From the NCBI GenBank assembly GCA_963667035.1, contig OY762964.1, positions 736,001-800,000 on the forward strand: a stretch of DNA of 64,000 nucleotides, in the 5' to 3' direction. Shown here piece by piece: positions 51,406 through 62,748 of this stretch. The position numbers and the translations under genes were made by a program. The notes below the pieces were generated by a model that was not told the DNA's origin, did no database searches, and worked only from the letters and a program-made list of their open reading frames with translations. Positions within the stretch are counted from its first letter, which is position 1, and every line of letters starts with the position of its first letter. The DNA is from Candidatus Cloacimonadales bacterium. Lineage in GTDB: Bacteria; Cloacimonadota; Cloacimonadia; Cloacimonadales; JAFGVF01.

Positions 51406-51996
51406 TTATCTCGAATCTTTAATGAACAAATCAATATCATCATCCATTTCAGGTTTATAAGCTAAACATGCTTTCAACTTTATCGTCTTCTTGATATGCA
51501 TTGCTAAGATTGGGCAAAACTTTTCCAATTTCTGAATCGCACGCTTTATAGAAGTATAAACCTGATGGTATGTTTGCATAACGAGCTTATCGATGTTAGG
51601 CTCCTGATGTGACCATTTTCTCAGAAAAGCTTCAGTGTTAGCAATTTGGTCCATCTCAATATCATTGAATCTGGATGTGTCATTAATGATTTGTCTTTTA
51701 TAAGCTCTTAACTTTGAGAGAAGTTCTGCATTTTGAATCTGTTCTTCTCTTGCAAGATCATAGCATCTTGTTATATAGTCAGCTTTTGTATCTTTCGATA
51801 CCGAGTTCTTGTTGTTACGGATGTTTGAGTATTCTAAGATAAAGAATAAGCGTTGAATCTGAATTGTTTGATTAGGATGTAGTAAAAGCTCTTCCAGATA
51901 CTTGAATCCGGTTATTTTCGTTATTGGTTTATTCTGTTCGGGTGTTAACCATGATTCAGGTGTTATCACTAATTTGTACAACATAATATCCTCCAA
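51406..51996 (-). CDS. Hypothetical protein, possible DNA-binding regulator
   Basis: GFKYLEELLLHPN and VYTSIKRAIQKL...LAMHI...CLAYKP resemble the C-terminal domain of some large ATPase-type regulators; recognised from memory only. Confidence 0.55.
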   Translation of the reverse strand: MEDIMLYKLVITPESWLTPEQNKPITKITGFKYLEELLLHPNQTIQIQRLFFILEYSNIRNNKNSVSKDTKADYITRCYDLAREEQIQNAELLSKLRAYKRQIINDTSRFNDIEMDQIANTEAFLRKWSHQEPNIDKLVMQTYHQVYTSIKRAIQKLEKFCPILAMHIKKTIKLKACLAYKPEMDDDIDLFIKDSR

Positions 51997-52380
51997 AACA
52001 TATAAATTGTTGTAATGACAACAAAGTTAACAATTTAGAGAGGATAAATCAGAAGATTGTAAACGGGAAGATACAATAGAATGCGTATTGATTTTTGATT
52101 TTATAATAGCGTATAAACAAAACTCCTGATTCTCCCGTGTGAATTTTGAAATGTTAGAGAAACTGTACATACTGATAAATAGGACTTTACCAATGCATTA
52201 GTACTACCGTTCAGTTTTAAAATTTCTATACAGCTCAATCGTTTCATCAAGAACCTCCATAGAGTTTTGTTAAATATTTAAGATGCAAGATGCGTTCCTA
52301 TTTGATAAATAAATATTAAAGTAAGTAAAGCGTGATGGTGAAAGTAGTGCTGTAAAAATGAGGGAGAAAGCTATAATAAA

Positions 52381-53007
52381 CTATCCGATCAGTATTTCTT
52401 CTCCGGGTCTGCTAATGTTTAGCATTTGGAAATCCGTGGATGGCTTGGGAACAAAGAGATGTTTGATTTCATCGTATCTATGTTCTCTGGACATCCATAA
52501 ATCAGCCTCTTCATCAGAGATAATGACAGGCATACGATGATGTACTTGAGATAAAAGAGAGTTTGCTTGTGTAGTGATGATTACACATGTGTCCAGTTGC
52601 GTACCGTCCGGAGAATGCCAACTATCATAGAGCCCGGCCAGATAGAAAGGTTTTTTATCTCTTCTGCGAAAGTAAAAGGGTTTTCCGTTTTTCCATTCAT
52701 AGAATCCATCGGCAGGAATCAGAGAGCGTTTATATTTTATGGGTGTTCTGAAACTTGGTTTTTCAGAAAGCGTTTCACATCTTGCATTTATAAGTTTCTG
52801 TCCAATTGTGATGTCTTTTGCCCAATAGGGGATTAGTCCCCATAGTTTTGCCGTAAGGATAAGCTTATCAGCTTCTCTGGTTAACTGAGGAATAGCCATT
52901 CCCGGAGAGATGTTGTAATTTGGTTGAAATCCCATTAATTCATCTATATATATGAATCTGGACATAATGTCGGTAGGGGGAGTGAACAGGGCAAATCTTC
53001 CGCACAT
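52381..53007 (-). CDS. SOS response-associated peptidase (SRAP/YedK/HMCES family)
   Basis: MCGRF N-terminus, YNISP, WGLIP.W, INARCET, GFYEW, HHRMPV. Confidence 0.95.
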   Translation of the reverse strand: MCGRFALFTPPTDIMSRFIYIDELMGFQPNYNISPGMAIPQLTREADKLILTAKLWGLIPYWAKDITIGQKLINARCETLSEKPSFRTPIKYKRSLIPADGFYEWKNGKPFYFRRRDKKPFYLAGLYDSWHSPDGTQLDTCVIITTQANSLLSQVHHRMPVIISDEEADLWMSREHRYDEIKHLFVPKPSTDFQMLNISRPGEEILIG

Positions 53008-53029
53008 CTTCTATTCCTTTACTGATGTT

Positions 53030-55021
53030 TTATAAAACAAGTTTTTGTCCGGGATATATTATAACAACACCGTTTCTTTTCTCAAGGTTATTCTTTGAAA
53101 TAATGCCATTTTCACTTAATCCGTATTTCTTGGCTATAGAGCTTATAGATTCACCGGATTTGACAACATGCTGTTTGCTTGAGGCATTCCCTGAAAGAAG
53201 TATTTTCTGTCCCGGATGAACAACATCGCTTTTCAAATTGTTCAATCTCTTCAACTCAGAGATTGGAATCAGATATCTGTCAGCAACATGAGACAGAGTT
53301 TCACCTTTTTTAATGATGTGGTAATTATGACCGCTTTCAGAGACTCCCGTTTGAGCACTCTCGGATGTCCCTAGGTAGATTTTCTGACCTGGGAAGATGT
53401 TTGTTCCCGAAATACCGTTAATGGCTTGTATCTTCCTTACCGGAATGAGATATTTATCAGCTATATGAGATAGTGTCTCACCTTTTTGTACAATATGATA
53501 ATCAGTTCCTTTATCTGTTTTGGTTACAGTTGAAGAACTACTTAACAACAGCTTTTGTCCCGGGAATATTGTATTGTTCTTTAGATTATTTATCGATTTT
53601 AACTTACTAACAGGCATCCTATATTTGTCAGCGATATGGGATAAGGTCTCTCCACGTCTAACGGTATGGTATCCCGCTCCGTCTATATCTCCGTAAGAAC
53701 CGCTATAAAGCTTCAACTTTTGCCCTACACGGATTGTGTTTCTACTAAGATGATTAAGGGATTTCAGACTGGCTACGGAAGTATTATACTTTCTGGCTAT
53801 ATCATACAGAGTATCACCTCTTTTAACGATGTGATAAGTGTAATATCCGGCATTCTTCTGATCAAATCTACTGTTTATCTTTGCGAGCAAAGCTTCATCT
53901 TTTTCCGCTTCAATCGGAACCAAGACATCATATTCCCCCGGGGGAAGAACTACATCATTAAGAGCTGTATATCTAGCTCGTTTTCTTTTTGAAATGTTAA
54001 TCCAGGGATTTGTCTCCCAAAGTACACCAACCGATGTACCTTGAGCCTTTGCCCAATCATCCAGTTTATAATGTCCTTTTAGCTGTAAGTGCTCAATCCT
54101 ATGGGTTTCGTATATAGGTTTTTCTTGTATGAATTTCTTACCGAAAATCTGATCTTCATCTTGGAATATTATTTTAAGAGCAATAGCACGCCATACATAA
54201 TCATCGGTTTCTTCTGCTCTTAGAATCAGCTCAAAGAAGTCAGTTGATCCCTGTTCTCTTATAACTCTGGCAATGCTACCGGGACCGGCATTATATGCTG
54301 CCATTGCGAGAAGCCAATCATTTGCTCCTTTACTTTGCAGATAAGAATAATTCTGATTCAAGAATTTAGCAGCGGCATCGGTTGCTTTGAATATGTCTCT
54401 GCGTTCATCAATAAAAGAATTGATTTTAAGTCCTAAACTCTTTCCTGTTTTAGGCATAATCTGCCACATACCAACTGCTCCGACAGGAGAATTAGCCAAA
54501 TTGCTCAAATGACTCTCGGCTACGGCTAAATACTTTGCATCAACAGGGATATTGTAAGCCGTGAATACAGAATCAAATACCGGGAAATACATACCGGAAC
54601 GAGGAATAACTTTATAAGCATACTTGACTTCACGATTAAAGATCTTCTCAAACTTTGCTCTTGTTCTCTCACTTGTTAAATCCACCAATCGACCTGCAAA
54701 GGTAATTGTATCGGGGATTACATATTCGCTGTTGGCAACAACTTGATTCTTGGCATCTTCGAGTGAATTGTTAATTATCTCTAATTCATTATATAGAGAA
54801 TCAATAGTTGTATAGAGGGTGTCTATAACCGAGTAAAGAGAATCAACTTCAATCTCTCTGGCATTCAATTCATTTACCAACTCATCGTTATTGAGTTCCG
54901 AATAGTTAATATGAGGACGAGGAGTTTCCTGAACTACATTATTGTTTGTTTGACCAATTTTCAATAAGGAACATCCGCTTAATATCATTACTGTAAAAAT
55001 AGTAAATAATCTGTATTTCAT
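53030..55021 (-). CDS. MltD-like lytic transglycosylase lipoprotein with five LysM domains
   Basis: Lipobox LSGC; LAVAES, AVGMWQIM, DERRD, AAYNAG; five H.(V/I)..G(D/E)(T/S)(L/I)..(I/V)A repeats. Confidence 0.92.
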   Translation of the reverse strand: MKYRLFTIFTVMILSGCSLLKIGQTNNNVVQETPRPHINYSELNNDELVNELNAREIEVDSLYSVIDTLYTTIDSLYNELEIINNSLEDAKNQVVANSEYVIPDTITFAGRLVDLTSERTRAKFEKIFNREVKYAYKVIPRSGMYFPVFDSVFTAYNIPVDAKYLAVAESHLSNLANSPVGAVGMWQIMPKTGKSLGLKINSFIDERRDIFKATDAAAKFLNQNYSYLQSKGANDWLLAMAAYNAGPGSIARVIREQGSTDFFELILRAEETDDYVWRAIALKIIFQDEDQIFGKKFIQEKPIYETHRIEHLQLKGHYKLDDWAKAQGTSVGVLWETNPWINISKRKRARYTALNDVVLPPGEYDVLVPIEAEKDEALLAKINSRFDQKNAGYYTYHIVKRGDTLYDIARKYNTSVASLKSLNHLSRNTIRVGQKLKLYSGSYGDIDGAGYHTVRRGETLSHIADKYRMPVSKLKSINNLKNNTIFPGQKLLLSSSSTVTKTDKGTDYHIVQKGETLSHIADKYLIPVRKIQAINGISGTNIFPGQKIYLGTSESAQTGVSESGHNYHIIKKGETLSHVADRYLIPISELKRLNNLKSDVVHPGQKILLSGNASSKQHVVKSGESISSIAKKYGLSENGIISKNNLEKRNGVVIIYPGQKLVL

Positions 55022-55150
55022 TTATGTACCACCTGTTACACAGGAAATAATGAAACAAATTGTAGTCAAGTATAAATACGGATATAGAATAATAATGGGT
55101 GAGAGGTGATTTAATGAAAAAGGAATCTCCGAAGAGATTCCTAATGTATA

Positions 55151-55222
<72 letters not shown>

Positions 55223-55227
<5 letters not shown>

Positions 55228-55930
55228 GTCTGATTCCTTTAAAAACGGAAGTTACATGCGGTTCTTCAACATCTATATCATAGATATTAAAGAATTGGTC
55301 TTCACTTTGAACTTGCTCTTCATTATTCCAATGAAGCTTGAAGTCTTTAGGAAGTATCCAGTTCAAATGAACAGTTTCCTCTTTATTGCTATTTGTGGGA
55401 TACCAATAATCGATTGCATTGAATGTAAAATCAATTTTGGAGTCCTGAAAAATTGATGTTTGAGGTTGAGAATAGAGAGAATAGTGAATTATTAATTCAA
55501 GTTCGTCAGATTCTTTCATATCATCAGTGAGGTTGATTTGAAAGATATTGGCGTTTTCTTTGATGTAGTCAACCAACTTGACAGGAACGTAGTCAGGGAA
55601 ATCTCCATTGAGATATCTATCAACAATAAAGACATCCTTCTTACTTTTGTTTACTGCTACAGAGTTAAGGACAATATCTCTTTGCATTATAAAACAAAGA
55701 ACTTGCCAATCTCTTACATCAGAGGTTCTAACAGTAAACACATCTTTCATATTCAATATATCAACATCAGACTGATATTTAATACTAATATCATGCTTTG
55801 TTGAGGGAATCAATTTAATAGGAAAGACACGCTTTTGCGGTGTTGCATCTTTGGCTTTCCCACATCCGGAGAATCCCAAAGAGAATACGATAATAAACAA
55901 TAACAAACTGTACTTCATAATAATTCTCAT
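55223..55930 (-). CDS. Hypothetical lipoprotein
   Basis: Signal with FSGC lipobox; 235-aa ORF. Confidence 0.7.
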
Positions 55931-55982
55931 GTTGTAAATTGCATTTGAGAATGCAATAAAGTCAAGTAAAAATGTAGTATTA

Positions 55983-57002
55983 TTAAATATTTCTTACACC
56001 TTTAGTAGAGAATGCATTTGATGTTAAAGAAGAAAACTCATGATTAACATACTTTTTTATAGCAGCAGCTCCAATCATAGCTGCATTATCCATGCATAGT
56101 TTGAGAGGAGGATAAGCTAGTTTTAATCTATATCTATCAGCCTCTTTTTGCATTCTGGTTCTTAAGTCGGAGTTTGCAGAAACACCTCCTGCAAGAACTA
56201 TTTGTTTAACTCTTGATTTTCTGGCATAGCTAATTGTTTTTTTAACCACAATCTCATTAATTGCAGCTTGTAATGAGGCGGCGATATTAGCTTTATTAAC
56301 TTCCAGGAAATCTTCATCTTTGTCTCTTACATAAGTCATGATTGCAGTTTTTAAACCACTGAAACTAAAATCATAATTGTCTTTTTTATTTAAGGCTCTA
56401 GGAAAATGATGAAACTCCGGGTCTCCTGATTTAGCTAGTTTATCAATAATCGGTCCTCCTGGATAACCAAGATTAAACAACTTAGCTGTTTTGTCATAAG
56501 CTTCTCCTGCAGCATCATCAAGAGTTCTGCCTATTACTTCAAAATTTTCCCATGTTTCAAAATGGACAAGCTCCGTATGTCCTCCTGAGACAACCATAGC
56601 TATGAATGGCGGCTTTAAACTAGGATTTTCAATAAGATTTGCATAGATATGTCCGACCATATGATTAACAGTTATCAATGGTAAATCTCTGCTCCAAGCC
56701 AGACCTTTAGCAAACGATAATCCAACTAATAGTGATCCAATCAATCCCGGATTCACCGATACTGCTACCGCATCAATATCTGATAATGTCATTTTAGCTT
56801 TATCAAGGGAATGATGAGCTAAACTGACTATATTCTTCAAATGCAGTCTGGAGGCTATTTCAGGGACAACACCTCCAAACTCTTCATGCTTTGTTTGTGA
56901 AGATATTAAATTGGATAATACATTGTAGTCTTGATCAATCACTGCTACAGATGTATCGTCACAAGAAGTTTCAAACGCTAATATATGGAATTTATTTTTC
57001 AA
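55983..57002 (-). CDS. tsaD: t6A biosynthesis protein TsaD
   Basis: ETSCDDT, GGVVPEIASRLH, NHMVGH, VSGGHT, DDAAGEAYDK, FSFSGLKT, GGVSAN, DNAAMI. Probable TTG start at 57002. Confidence 0.96.
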   Translation of the reverse strand: MKNKFHILAFETSCDDTSVAVIDQDYNVLSNLISSQTKHEEFGGVVPEIASRLHLKNIVSLAHHSLDKAKMTLSDIDAVAVSVNPGLIGSLLVGLSFAKGLAWSRDLPLITVNHMVGHIYANLIENPSLKPPFIAMVVSGGHTELVHFETWENFEVIGRTLDDAAGEAYDKTAKLFNLGYPGGPIIDKLAKSGDPEFHHFPRALNKKDNYDFSFSGLKTAIMTYVRDKDEDFLEVNKANIAASLQAAINEIVVKKTISYARKSRVKQIVLAGGVSANSDLRTRMQKEADRYRLKLAYPPLKLCMDNAAMIGAAAIKKYVNHEFSSLTSNAFSTKGVRNI

Positions 57003-57873
57003 GAATCTGCACCTTTTCCGGACTATGTTCAAGGAGCATAAGTTCGGGAGGTAGCAATATGTCAAGTTTTCTTGTCTCCATATCTTTGTCTAGACTGTCA
57101 GGTATAACCTCTATCGAGTTAACCGAGAGAGTATCAAGTTGTTGTTTTGGACCAACTACCCTAATCGATATCCATTTGGGAATGGAAACTTCATTTGGCT
57201 TAACTTTAATTGGAACCAATGAGAAGGTTTTTGAAACAATATCTTTTTCAGGTTTAAGGATAGTTACATGTTTTTCAGATATAATAATATTCTCTTTAGG
57301 AAGAATAAGTTTTATTTCGACATCATTACTAACTAAATTTTCTTCCATTATATCTTCAGTCTCAAGATACTCTATATCGTCAAGAACAGATTCAGCTCCG
57401 GTTGCTTCTATTAGCTTCGGACTGTAGTTAAAGCCGGTTTCAACAAATTGTTGTTTGACTTCATTATCGATAAAATTAAGCTTTATAGGAATACTTCTAC
57501 TTATAAGAAAATCTGTTTCAATATAAAAGTCTTTCTTAGTAATAGGCTGAAACCTTAGAGATTCAAATCTTGAAGGATGCTCTACTTGGAAAGATTGCCA
57601 AGGGATAGAGCTGTTTTCTATGTCTAGATTATTCATATCCATTCTTATGTAAAGATTGGCATTTCTAACCAATACTAAGTCGAAAACTTTCCCTATGATG
57701 GAATAACTAATACTTTTCTGAACTAATCTTGGTAATGACATCCCGGAAGGAATACTCTCTATTTTAACTGGGATTTCCAAGTTGATACTATCAACTTGAT
57801 TAAATCTGAAGACTATCCAGAAAATCAATGCAATCACCAAAGAAAGCAATAAAAGGAAGTGAGGTCTTTTCAT
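56992..57873 (-). CDS. YbbR/CdaR-like membrane-anchored protein
   Basis: N-terminal LSLVIALIFW anchor; repeated P..I...G beta-domain pattern. Confidence 0.6.
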   Translation of the reverse strand: MKRPHFLLLLSLVIALIFWIVFRFNQVDSINLEIPVKIESIPSGMSLPRLVQKSISYSIIGKVFDLVLVRNANLYIRMDMNNLDIENSSIPWQSFQVEHPSRFESLRFQPITKKDFYIETDFLISRSIPIKLNFIDNEVKQQFVETGFNYSPKLIEATGAESVLDDIEYLETEDIMEENLVSNDVEIKLILPKENIIISEKHVTILKPEKDIVSKTFSLVPIKVKPNEVSIPKWISIRVVGPKQQLDTLSVNSIEVIPDSLDKDMETRKLDILLPPELMLLEHSPEKVQILEK

Positions 57874-57874
57874 C

Positions 57875-59281
57875 TTAGCCTTTAAGCCTTATCCCCAATC
57901 TTCTAAGCTTTTTATACAAGGTAGAGTAATCTAGCTCCATCAATTCGGCTGCTTTCACAACATTCCAATTGGTCTTATTGAGTATGTTCTTTATGTAGTC
58001 AATCTCGAATGATTCTATAGCTTTTTTGAAATTAGTCTCGTGGAAATACTGATTAGTAGTGTTCTTGGGGTACTTTTTGTAATTCTCTTTTTTCTTATTT
58101 AAGTAATCAAGGATAACAGAATTGGTGATATTCTTCTCTCTTATCATAATATGTTTACAGAAGTTAAAGAGCTCTCTGATATTGCCGTCCCAAGTATAAG
58201 TTAATAACTCCGGTAATATATCCATCTGATTATCCAAAACATGAGCCGAATATTTTGGAGAATGAGTCTCAAAGAAAGTATTCATTAGTAGCACAATATC
58301 AGATTCTCTTTCTCTGAGTGGAGGTAGGGTAAGTATATTAGCTTCTACTCTGTAAAAAAGATCTTTTCTAAACTTACCATTGTTAACAAGTTCAAGTAAG
58401 TCTTCGTTGGTAGCCATTACTATGCGAGTATCTACCTCTTTTTCTCCTCCGCCAATTACTTGAATTTTTCTGTATTCTATAGCTCTTAGAAGTTTAGTTT
58501 GAGCTAATGGATTTAGAGTTGCAACTTCATCTAAAAACAGAATACCACCATCTGCTTTTTCAAATATTCCGGGTTTATAAGAATCAGCACCTGTAAATGC
58601 ACCTTTTTCATAACCGAATAACTCGGATTCAATTAATGTATCAGGAATAGCACTTGAGTTCATAACTTCAATAGCTTTTCCCGCTCTTGGTGAATACCTA
58701 CTGTAGTATTTTGCGGCTACTTCTTTCCCTGTACCTGTCTCTCCAATTAATATTACATCTTCATCAGCTCTAGCATAGCGTTTTATATCTTCTCTAAGTC
58801 TCTTTATTGCTATGCAATCTCCAACGAAATATGCATTAGGATCATACTTTGATTTCAAACTTCTATTCTCAAGTTGGAGTTTATATGCTTTCTCTTCCTG
58901 CATTTTGAGAGTAACGGCATTGTCGATACTGAGAAGAAGTTGGTGAAGCTTAAAGTTAACACCTTTTTCTACATAATTGAAAATACCTAGATTCCTGACT
59001 CTCTTTACCTGCTCTTTATTACTCATGGATGATAGAACTATTATTTTAGGCTTTTCTTCATCTCTTTCATAAAGATTTTCCAATATTTCCAAACCATCAA
59101 GAGGACTATCATCAAGGAATATATCCATCAAAATTACATCGGGTTTGAAGGAGTTGTAAATCTTGAAGAATTCTATACTATTGTACGCACACTCTACTTC
59201 ATAATTATTTTTCAGTAAGACTTTTTTTAGCTGGTTAGACAATATCAAATCATCTTCAACTACTAATATGTTTGCTTTCAC
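57875..59281 (-). CDS. Sigma-54-dependent response regulator (NtrC family)
   Basis: Receiver domain, GETGTGKE, ESELFGYEKGAFTGA, LFLDE, FRKDLFYR, WDGNIREL, Fis-type HTH. Confidence 0.95.
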   Translation of the reverse strand: MKANILVVEDDLILSNQLKKVLLKNNYEVECAYNSIEFFKIYNSFKPDVILMDIFLDDSPLDGLEILENLYERDEEKPKIIVLSSMSNKEQVKRVRNLGIFNYVEKGVNFKLHQLLLSIDNAVTLKMQEEKAYKLQLENRSLKSKYDPNAYFVGDCIAIKRLREDIKRYARADEDVILIGETGTGKEVAAKYYSRYSPRAGKAIEVMNSSAIPDTLIESELFGYEKGAFTGADSYKPGIFEKADGGILFLDEVATLNPLAQTKLLRAIEYRKIQVIGGGEKEVDTRIVMATNEDLLELVNNGKFRKDLFYRVEANILTLPPLRERESDIVLLMNTFFETHSPKYSAHVLDNQMDILPELLTYTWDGNIRELFNFCKHIMIREKNITNSVILDYLNKKKENYKKYPKNTTNQYFHETNFKKAIESFEIDYIKNILNKTNWNVVKAAELMELDYSTLYKKLRRLGIRLKG

Positions 59282-59470
59282 TTAAACTAATACTCCCCTT
59301 GTGTTTTAGACTAATTTTGACTATTTTCCATTTTAAGTCAAGACGTTTTTTGTTTACACACTAAATGAATTAGAACAAATTATCCCAATATCCACTTGAT
59401 AATTATCCAAAGTGTAACTTCCGATACATAGCTCTTGACTGGATAAGTTAACATCAACGATTATTCCAAA

Positions 59471-59941
59471 ATGAATAAGGAAACTGTTTACCTAGAGAAG
59501 ATCATACCCGATAATTTGTCCGATTTGGCATACGCTTTAAACACCGATATAGTTCTTAGACGGGATCTTGGAATCAAAGAAACCGATATTAGTATTGAGA
59601 GTCTGTATGAAAAGACTATGGATTGGATGTTAAAGACTAATTCAATAACTTATTGTATAAGAGTAGGGAAAAAGTCGATTGGCATGATATCGATTAGTCA
59701 TATAGATAAATCCAATATGTCTGCCAGATGTGGATATTGGCTCTTATCTGAATATAGGGGAAGAGGTTATACGACTGAGGCATTTAGTCAAATTGTCGAA
59801 ATAGCTACCGGAATGAAATTAAAAGAATTACATAGTTCTATAAATATGGGAAACAAAGCATCGTTGGCAATTTGGAAGAGATATTTACCAAAATTGATAG
59901 ATAAAGTCGATCATTATGATTTAACCATATCTCTTAAATAA
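59471..59941 (+). CDS. GNAT (RimJ/RimL-like) acetyltransferase
   Basis: CGYWLLSEYRGRGYTTEA, NKAS. Confidence 0.85.
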   Translation: MNKETVYLEKIIPDNLSDLAYALNTDIVLRRDLGIKETDISIESLYEKTMDWMLKTNSITYCIRVGKKSIGMISISHIDKSNMSARCGYWLLSEYRGRGYTTEAFSQIVEIATGMKLKELHSSINMGNKASLAIWKRYLPKLIDKVDHYDLTISLK

Positions 59942-60016
59942 GCATTAATTAAGAAAAACTTGACTTCAATTCGTTCATATCAGCAATTAAAATAAAGGAA
60001 GCTCTAAGGAGTTAAT

Positions 60017-61771
60017 ATGAAGAAATTTGTATTCGTTATTGTTTGTATTTTTATTGTTTCATTTGTTTTTGCTGACAGCAGATTACCAAAAGTTATGGTT
60101 ACCGGATATTGGGAACCGACCGGTTCAATGGTGTCTCAATTCAGTACAGACCCTTCTTTGAATCCTAATGGATGGAATGGAGCAAACTGGAATAACCTCG
60201 GTTATGACATCTATTCATTTTTCCCGCCACCGGAAGTGAGAGATTTCGAAGTTGATTATCAAGATACTTGGGAAGACTTTTGGGCAGTTGCCGATTCTTT
60301 ACATCCGGTAGCAATAATCAGTTTTGGTGCAGGTGCCGGACCGTGGGAAATAGAGCATATGTCGACTAACAACAGTTATTGGGTTCCCGACGATGTTGCT
60401 CCATATCAACCTACTCCTTCTCCTCCTGACGATACAGTGCCTGCAGGAACAAATCGCTATTCCACATTACCAATGGAAGAGATGATGGAGGCTGTAAATA
60501 GTTTAACAACTATCAATGCTTGGATAGACTGGGATGGAGACATGGGGAATTACCTTTGTGAGTTTATGGCATATCTAGGTATGTGGTATCAGAATCAGCA
60601 TGCTGAGGAAGATGACCCATATAGATGCTATGCTGCCGGATTTACACACGTTGATTCAAGTATCCCTCTCAATGATTGTATTTATGCTTCTGAAGTTACT
60701 ATTGAAGCAGTTTTAAGAAACATTAATCTTACAGTTAACGGTGTTGTGACATATAGTGATTTTGACCCGACAGGTACAAATGTTGTCTTGGAAGGTGCAA
60801 CTTCTATGACAACCACAATTCAGAACTCCTCAGGGCAATTCAGTTTTAATGGTGTTACTGCAGGAACATATAGAGTAACTGCATATAGAGATAGGGTTGC
60901 ATATTCCACTCAGGAAGTGGTCATAGATAGTGATAATACTGAAGTAAGCTTAAATCTTGTAGATATTAACAATCACTATGAGTTTTCAGTTTGTTCTGAA
61001 CCGGGAGAGATACATACTTTAAATACATCAAATCCTTGTAATGTAGCATTGAGAATCAGACCGGAGGATTTTCCTGCATCTGATATGAAGATATTAACTG
61101 ATATATCTTTTTATGCACCGACAACAACCGATAGCTGTGATATTCAAGTGTTCGTACACGAATACTCTACAGGACAGTTTATACCGGGGACATTAGTTTA
61201 TGAATCAGAAATGGAAGTTTATGAGTCGGATTCTTGGGTTGCTCACACATTAGATGTTCCTATACTTATAAAAAACAATGTTGATTATTTTATCGGCTAT
61301 AGAGTTTCAAACAATCAAACAACTAAAATTGCTTGGAAGGATCAAGGTCCTCAAGTTTTTAACAACGGAACTTGGGCTTGTTTTGGCAGCCAATGGATGA
61401 ACATGAGTTATCTACAATCCAATTGGATGATAAAAGTCGGTTATATGACACCTGAACCTCTTGCAGTTGCTAATGTAACAGCGATAAATCAAACTCTAAA
61501 TCTTCAAAACTACCCTAATCCTTTTAATCCAAGTACAATGATTAGTTTCAATGTAGTTGATGAAACATCTCCTGTTAATATGATTGTCTTCGATGTTAGA
61601 GGACGAGTTGTTAGAAGGCTTGTTAAAGATGAAAGATTACCCAATGGTAGTTGTACGATTTCTTGGAATGGTAAAAACGATGATGGGGATTCAATAGCTT
61701 CAGGTATCTATTTTGTTAGAGTTATTAACGGGAAATATAGTGAAGCATACAAAATGGTACTTCTGAAATAG
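60017..61771 (+). CDS. Secreted pyroglutamyl-peptidase I-like (C15) protein with C-terminal FlgD-Ig/T9SS-like domain
   Basis: VMVTGYW, IE, STLP, GNYLCE and AGFTHV (Glu/Cys/His triad pattern); QNYPNPFNPST. Confidence 0.8.
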   Translation: MKKFVFVIVCIFIVSFVFADSRLPKVMVTGYWEPTGSMVSQFSTDPSLNPNGWNGANWNNLGYDIYSFFPPPEVRDFEVDYQDTWEDFWAVADSLHPVAIISFGAGAGPWEIEHMSTNNSYWVPDDVAPYQPTPSPPDDTVPAGTNRYSTLPMEEMMEAVNSLTTINAWIDWDGDMGNYLCEFMAYLGMWYQNQHAEEDDPYRCYAAGFTHVDSSIPLNDCIYASEVTIEAVLRNINLTVNGVVTYSDFDPTGTNVVLEGATSMTTTIQNSSGQFSFNGVTAGTYRVTAYRDRVAYSTQEVVIDSDNTEVSLNLVDINNHYEFSVCSEPGEIHTLNTSNPCNVALRIRPEDFPASDMKILTDISFYAPTTTDSCDIQVFVHEYSTGQFIPGTLVYESEMEVYESDSWVAHTLDVPILIKNNVDYFIGYRVSNNQTTKIAWKDQGPQVFNNGTWACFGSQWMNMSYLQSNWMIKVGYMTPEPLAVANVTAINQTLNLQNYPNPFNPSTMISFNVVDETSPVNMIVFDVRGRVVRRLVKDERLPNGSCTISWNGKNDDGDSIASGIYFVRVINGKYSEAYKMVLLK

Positions 61772-62748
61772 CTAAGGATTGTGCTCGATTTAATTTTTAT
61801 TTTATACGATTTCAGTAAGCAAATAGGTTGCTTTCATATTCATTAGCCCTGACGATGTAGTAGCAGAGGTTTCAATGCATATCGACATGCAATGTCACTG
61901 TACAACGACTTTGCAAGCCGTTAAAATCCCTATGGCTTGGTTCAGACTGGGTACGCGGGCATCCTTGCCTACATCTTATTCCTCTTTCTCTTTTTTTATT
62001 AGCTTGTATGAATCTCCCTAACCACCACCGAAATAACATGGAGTTTGTCAGAACCGAAGCGATAACGGACTTCATGGCATATCTCGATAGTTGCTAATGT
62101 CCCTCCCCAAATGTTTGTTGAGCAAAACTTATGAAGGTTCTGCTGTAACATCGACACAGATGATGTAGCCTAAAATGTACAATAACTTTACAAGTCATTA
62201 GAACCCTATTGCTTGATTTAAACTGGGTACACAAGTTAGACTGTGTTATCAATAGAACTTGTGCAACACTTCTCTTCGAGTACTCAGTTCAAAGAAAAAT
62301 AAAATCAACATAGTTGAAGATACAGATTACATGAAACTCAATAAGCTCTTCAATATAACTAACATGACGGTCACAATTCTAGTAAATTACCAACACTAAT
62401 CCAAATATCCCTGAGTCTTGAGTAAAGGTAGAACATGCAGACTTGGACGAGCTATTATAATTAATAATTGAATAATAATGCAGTAAAATAGCAAAAGTAT
62501 ATAAAAAAATACTAAAAGAAATAAAAAAGGATAAAAAGGTTGACGAAAATGTCATAGTCTGAAAGTATTTATGTGGGTCAAAAACATGTAGAAGAAAGAA
62601 CAATGAAGTTTCAAGTGATTCTTTGCCATTATCGAGTCAACAATTCTCAGGTTGAAAAGATCATGATTGCGAAGTAATCACCAGTGGAAAATAACCATGC
62701 CTATTGTTCTTAAATGTAATTAATTTGAAGAATTTAAGGAGGATTACT

